DNA of 64,000 nt from Hemiscyllium ocellatum (lineage: Eukaryota): positions 21,987,562 to 22,051,561 of the forward strand of contig NC_083442.1 of NCBI RefSeq assembly GCF_020745735.1. Reading direction: 5' to 3'. Below are positions 62,700-64,000 of the stretch, one piece after another. Both the position numbers and the translations under genes were made by a program. The stretch's first letter is position 1. Every line of letters begins with the position of its first letter. A model generated the notes under the pieces. It ran no database searches. It was not told where the DNA came from and worked only from the letters and a program-made list of their open reading frames with translations.

Positions 62700-63800
62700 T
62701 ACGATGGCAGTAGAGTAGGGCTTCTGTTCCTGAGTTTGTCCACTCCAACCACTTTGTTTTCCCCGTCTCCCTCTTGTTTACTTACCTTGTCCGAAGCTTG
62801 GATGGCATCAGCGGTGCGAGCCCAGGACACAGACCTCAAGCTGGGCCCAGCCCGGAGGGAAGTCAGCCCCTACAGAACCTAGAATCGGCAGCTGCTACGT
62901 TGGCAGAAGTGATGTCGGTGACTTGGGCCCAGCTGCCAAAGATGGTGACTGGGGATTGGCGAAGCGATGGTGGAATGTCATCACAATGACATTGATGATG
63001 TTGGCTTAGACCAAACTCTGCTGTTGGTCAGTGTGTGGTGCAGGAAGCAGTAGAATCATAGAATCCCTAAAGTGTGGAAACAGGCCATTTGGCCCAACAA
63101 GTCCACACTGACCCTCCAAAGACTAACCCAACCAGACCCATTCCTCTGCCTTACATTTAACCCTAATTAGTGCACCTAACATACACATCTCTGAACACCA
63201 TGGGCAATTTAGCATGGCCAATCCACCTAATCTGCACACCTTTGGACTGTGGGAGGAAACCAGAGCACCTGGAACAAACCCATGCAGACACAGGGAGAGT
63301 GTGCAAACTCCACACAGACAGTTGCCCAAGACTGGAATCGAACCCAGGGTACCTGGCACTGTGAGGCAGCGTGCTAGCCACAGGGCCGCTCACAAATTGG
63401 CAACTATAGATATCAAAGTGGTGGTGGAAGGGCATCGTGGCGACATCGATGAGGTTGGCCCAGACCCAATGTGCTGTTGGTTATCCGGTGCAGGAGGCAG
63501 TGGAGGAAGGGTGTCGGCCCAGCGGCAAAGATAGCCCCTGAGGATCAGCAGCTTTGAAGTTGATTGGATCCAGTGTAGACAGCAGCAAAGTGCTGGCAGA
63601 GCTCTGACACCCCAGCATCGTTGGTGGTGATGGGCTGGCTCAGGACTGATGGTCTCTCTTCAAGCTATATCTATCTTCCTTTTCTTTTCCTCATTCCTAA
63701 ACTATTCAAAATGATCCTGGTTTGTGATGACAAATGGAAGCTTTTCGCTGTATTGTATTATATTCTTTCTGTAATATACACGTGACAACAAAATCAATTA
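62700..63800 (+). mobile_element. Long non-autonomous retroposon with a Rex1-like tail, interrupted by HE1 (-, 63055-63380)
   Basis: Starts gatggcagtagagtaggg, has a GC-rich non-coding body, and ends aagcttttcgctgtattg...tacacgtgacaacaaaatcaa. Confidence 0.45.
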
Positions 63801-64000
63801 ACTTTGAGCGACTTCATAACCCTTTGGAATGCAGTTATCTTTTCACTATCCAAGTAACTAACATAGTCACTTGCCTGATATTTCTTCAAGCGATTAATCT
63901 GTGTAGGTGCTGGTAATTAGCAGTTCACTCAGTGACTATGCCAACATTTACATGCATGCTGTCATCTGATGTAATTGATATTGATGGTGGGGGGATGCCC

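Overview
64-kb window of cartilaginous-fish (shark) genomic DNA. The species group is inferred from HE1-type SINEs, HER1/CR1 LINEs and Poseidon-type Penelope elements. The only host gene I can support is CD276 (B7-H3) on the + strand: one IgV exon (20430-20771) and one IgC exon (22638-22934) with phase-compatible GT-AG junctions. I could not securely identify its leader, transmembrane or cytoplasmic exons in the window. Most of the rest is transposon-derived: CR1/HER1, L2-like, Rex1-like and RTE LINE fragments, several SINE families and Penelope-like elements (PLEs). The main unexplained structures are: (i) minimal hammerhead-ribozyme motifs in up to three PLE-derived families with different stems; (ii) ~200-bp palindromic PLE-derived insertions flanked by 11-14 bp target-site duplications, two of them at the same site; (iii) a ~470-bp local inverted duplication (51591-52060 / 53034-53498); (iv) three antisense HE1-into-HE1 insertions at nearly the same host position; (v) a 49-bp minisatellite inside a non-autonomous retroposon. 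Repeat boundaries are read by eye and approximate, and family names come from recalled consensus features, not a database search.
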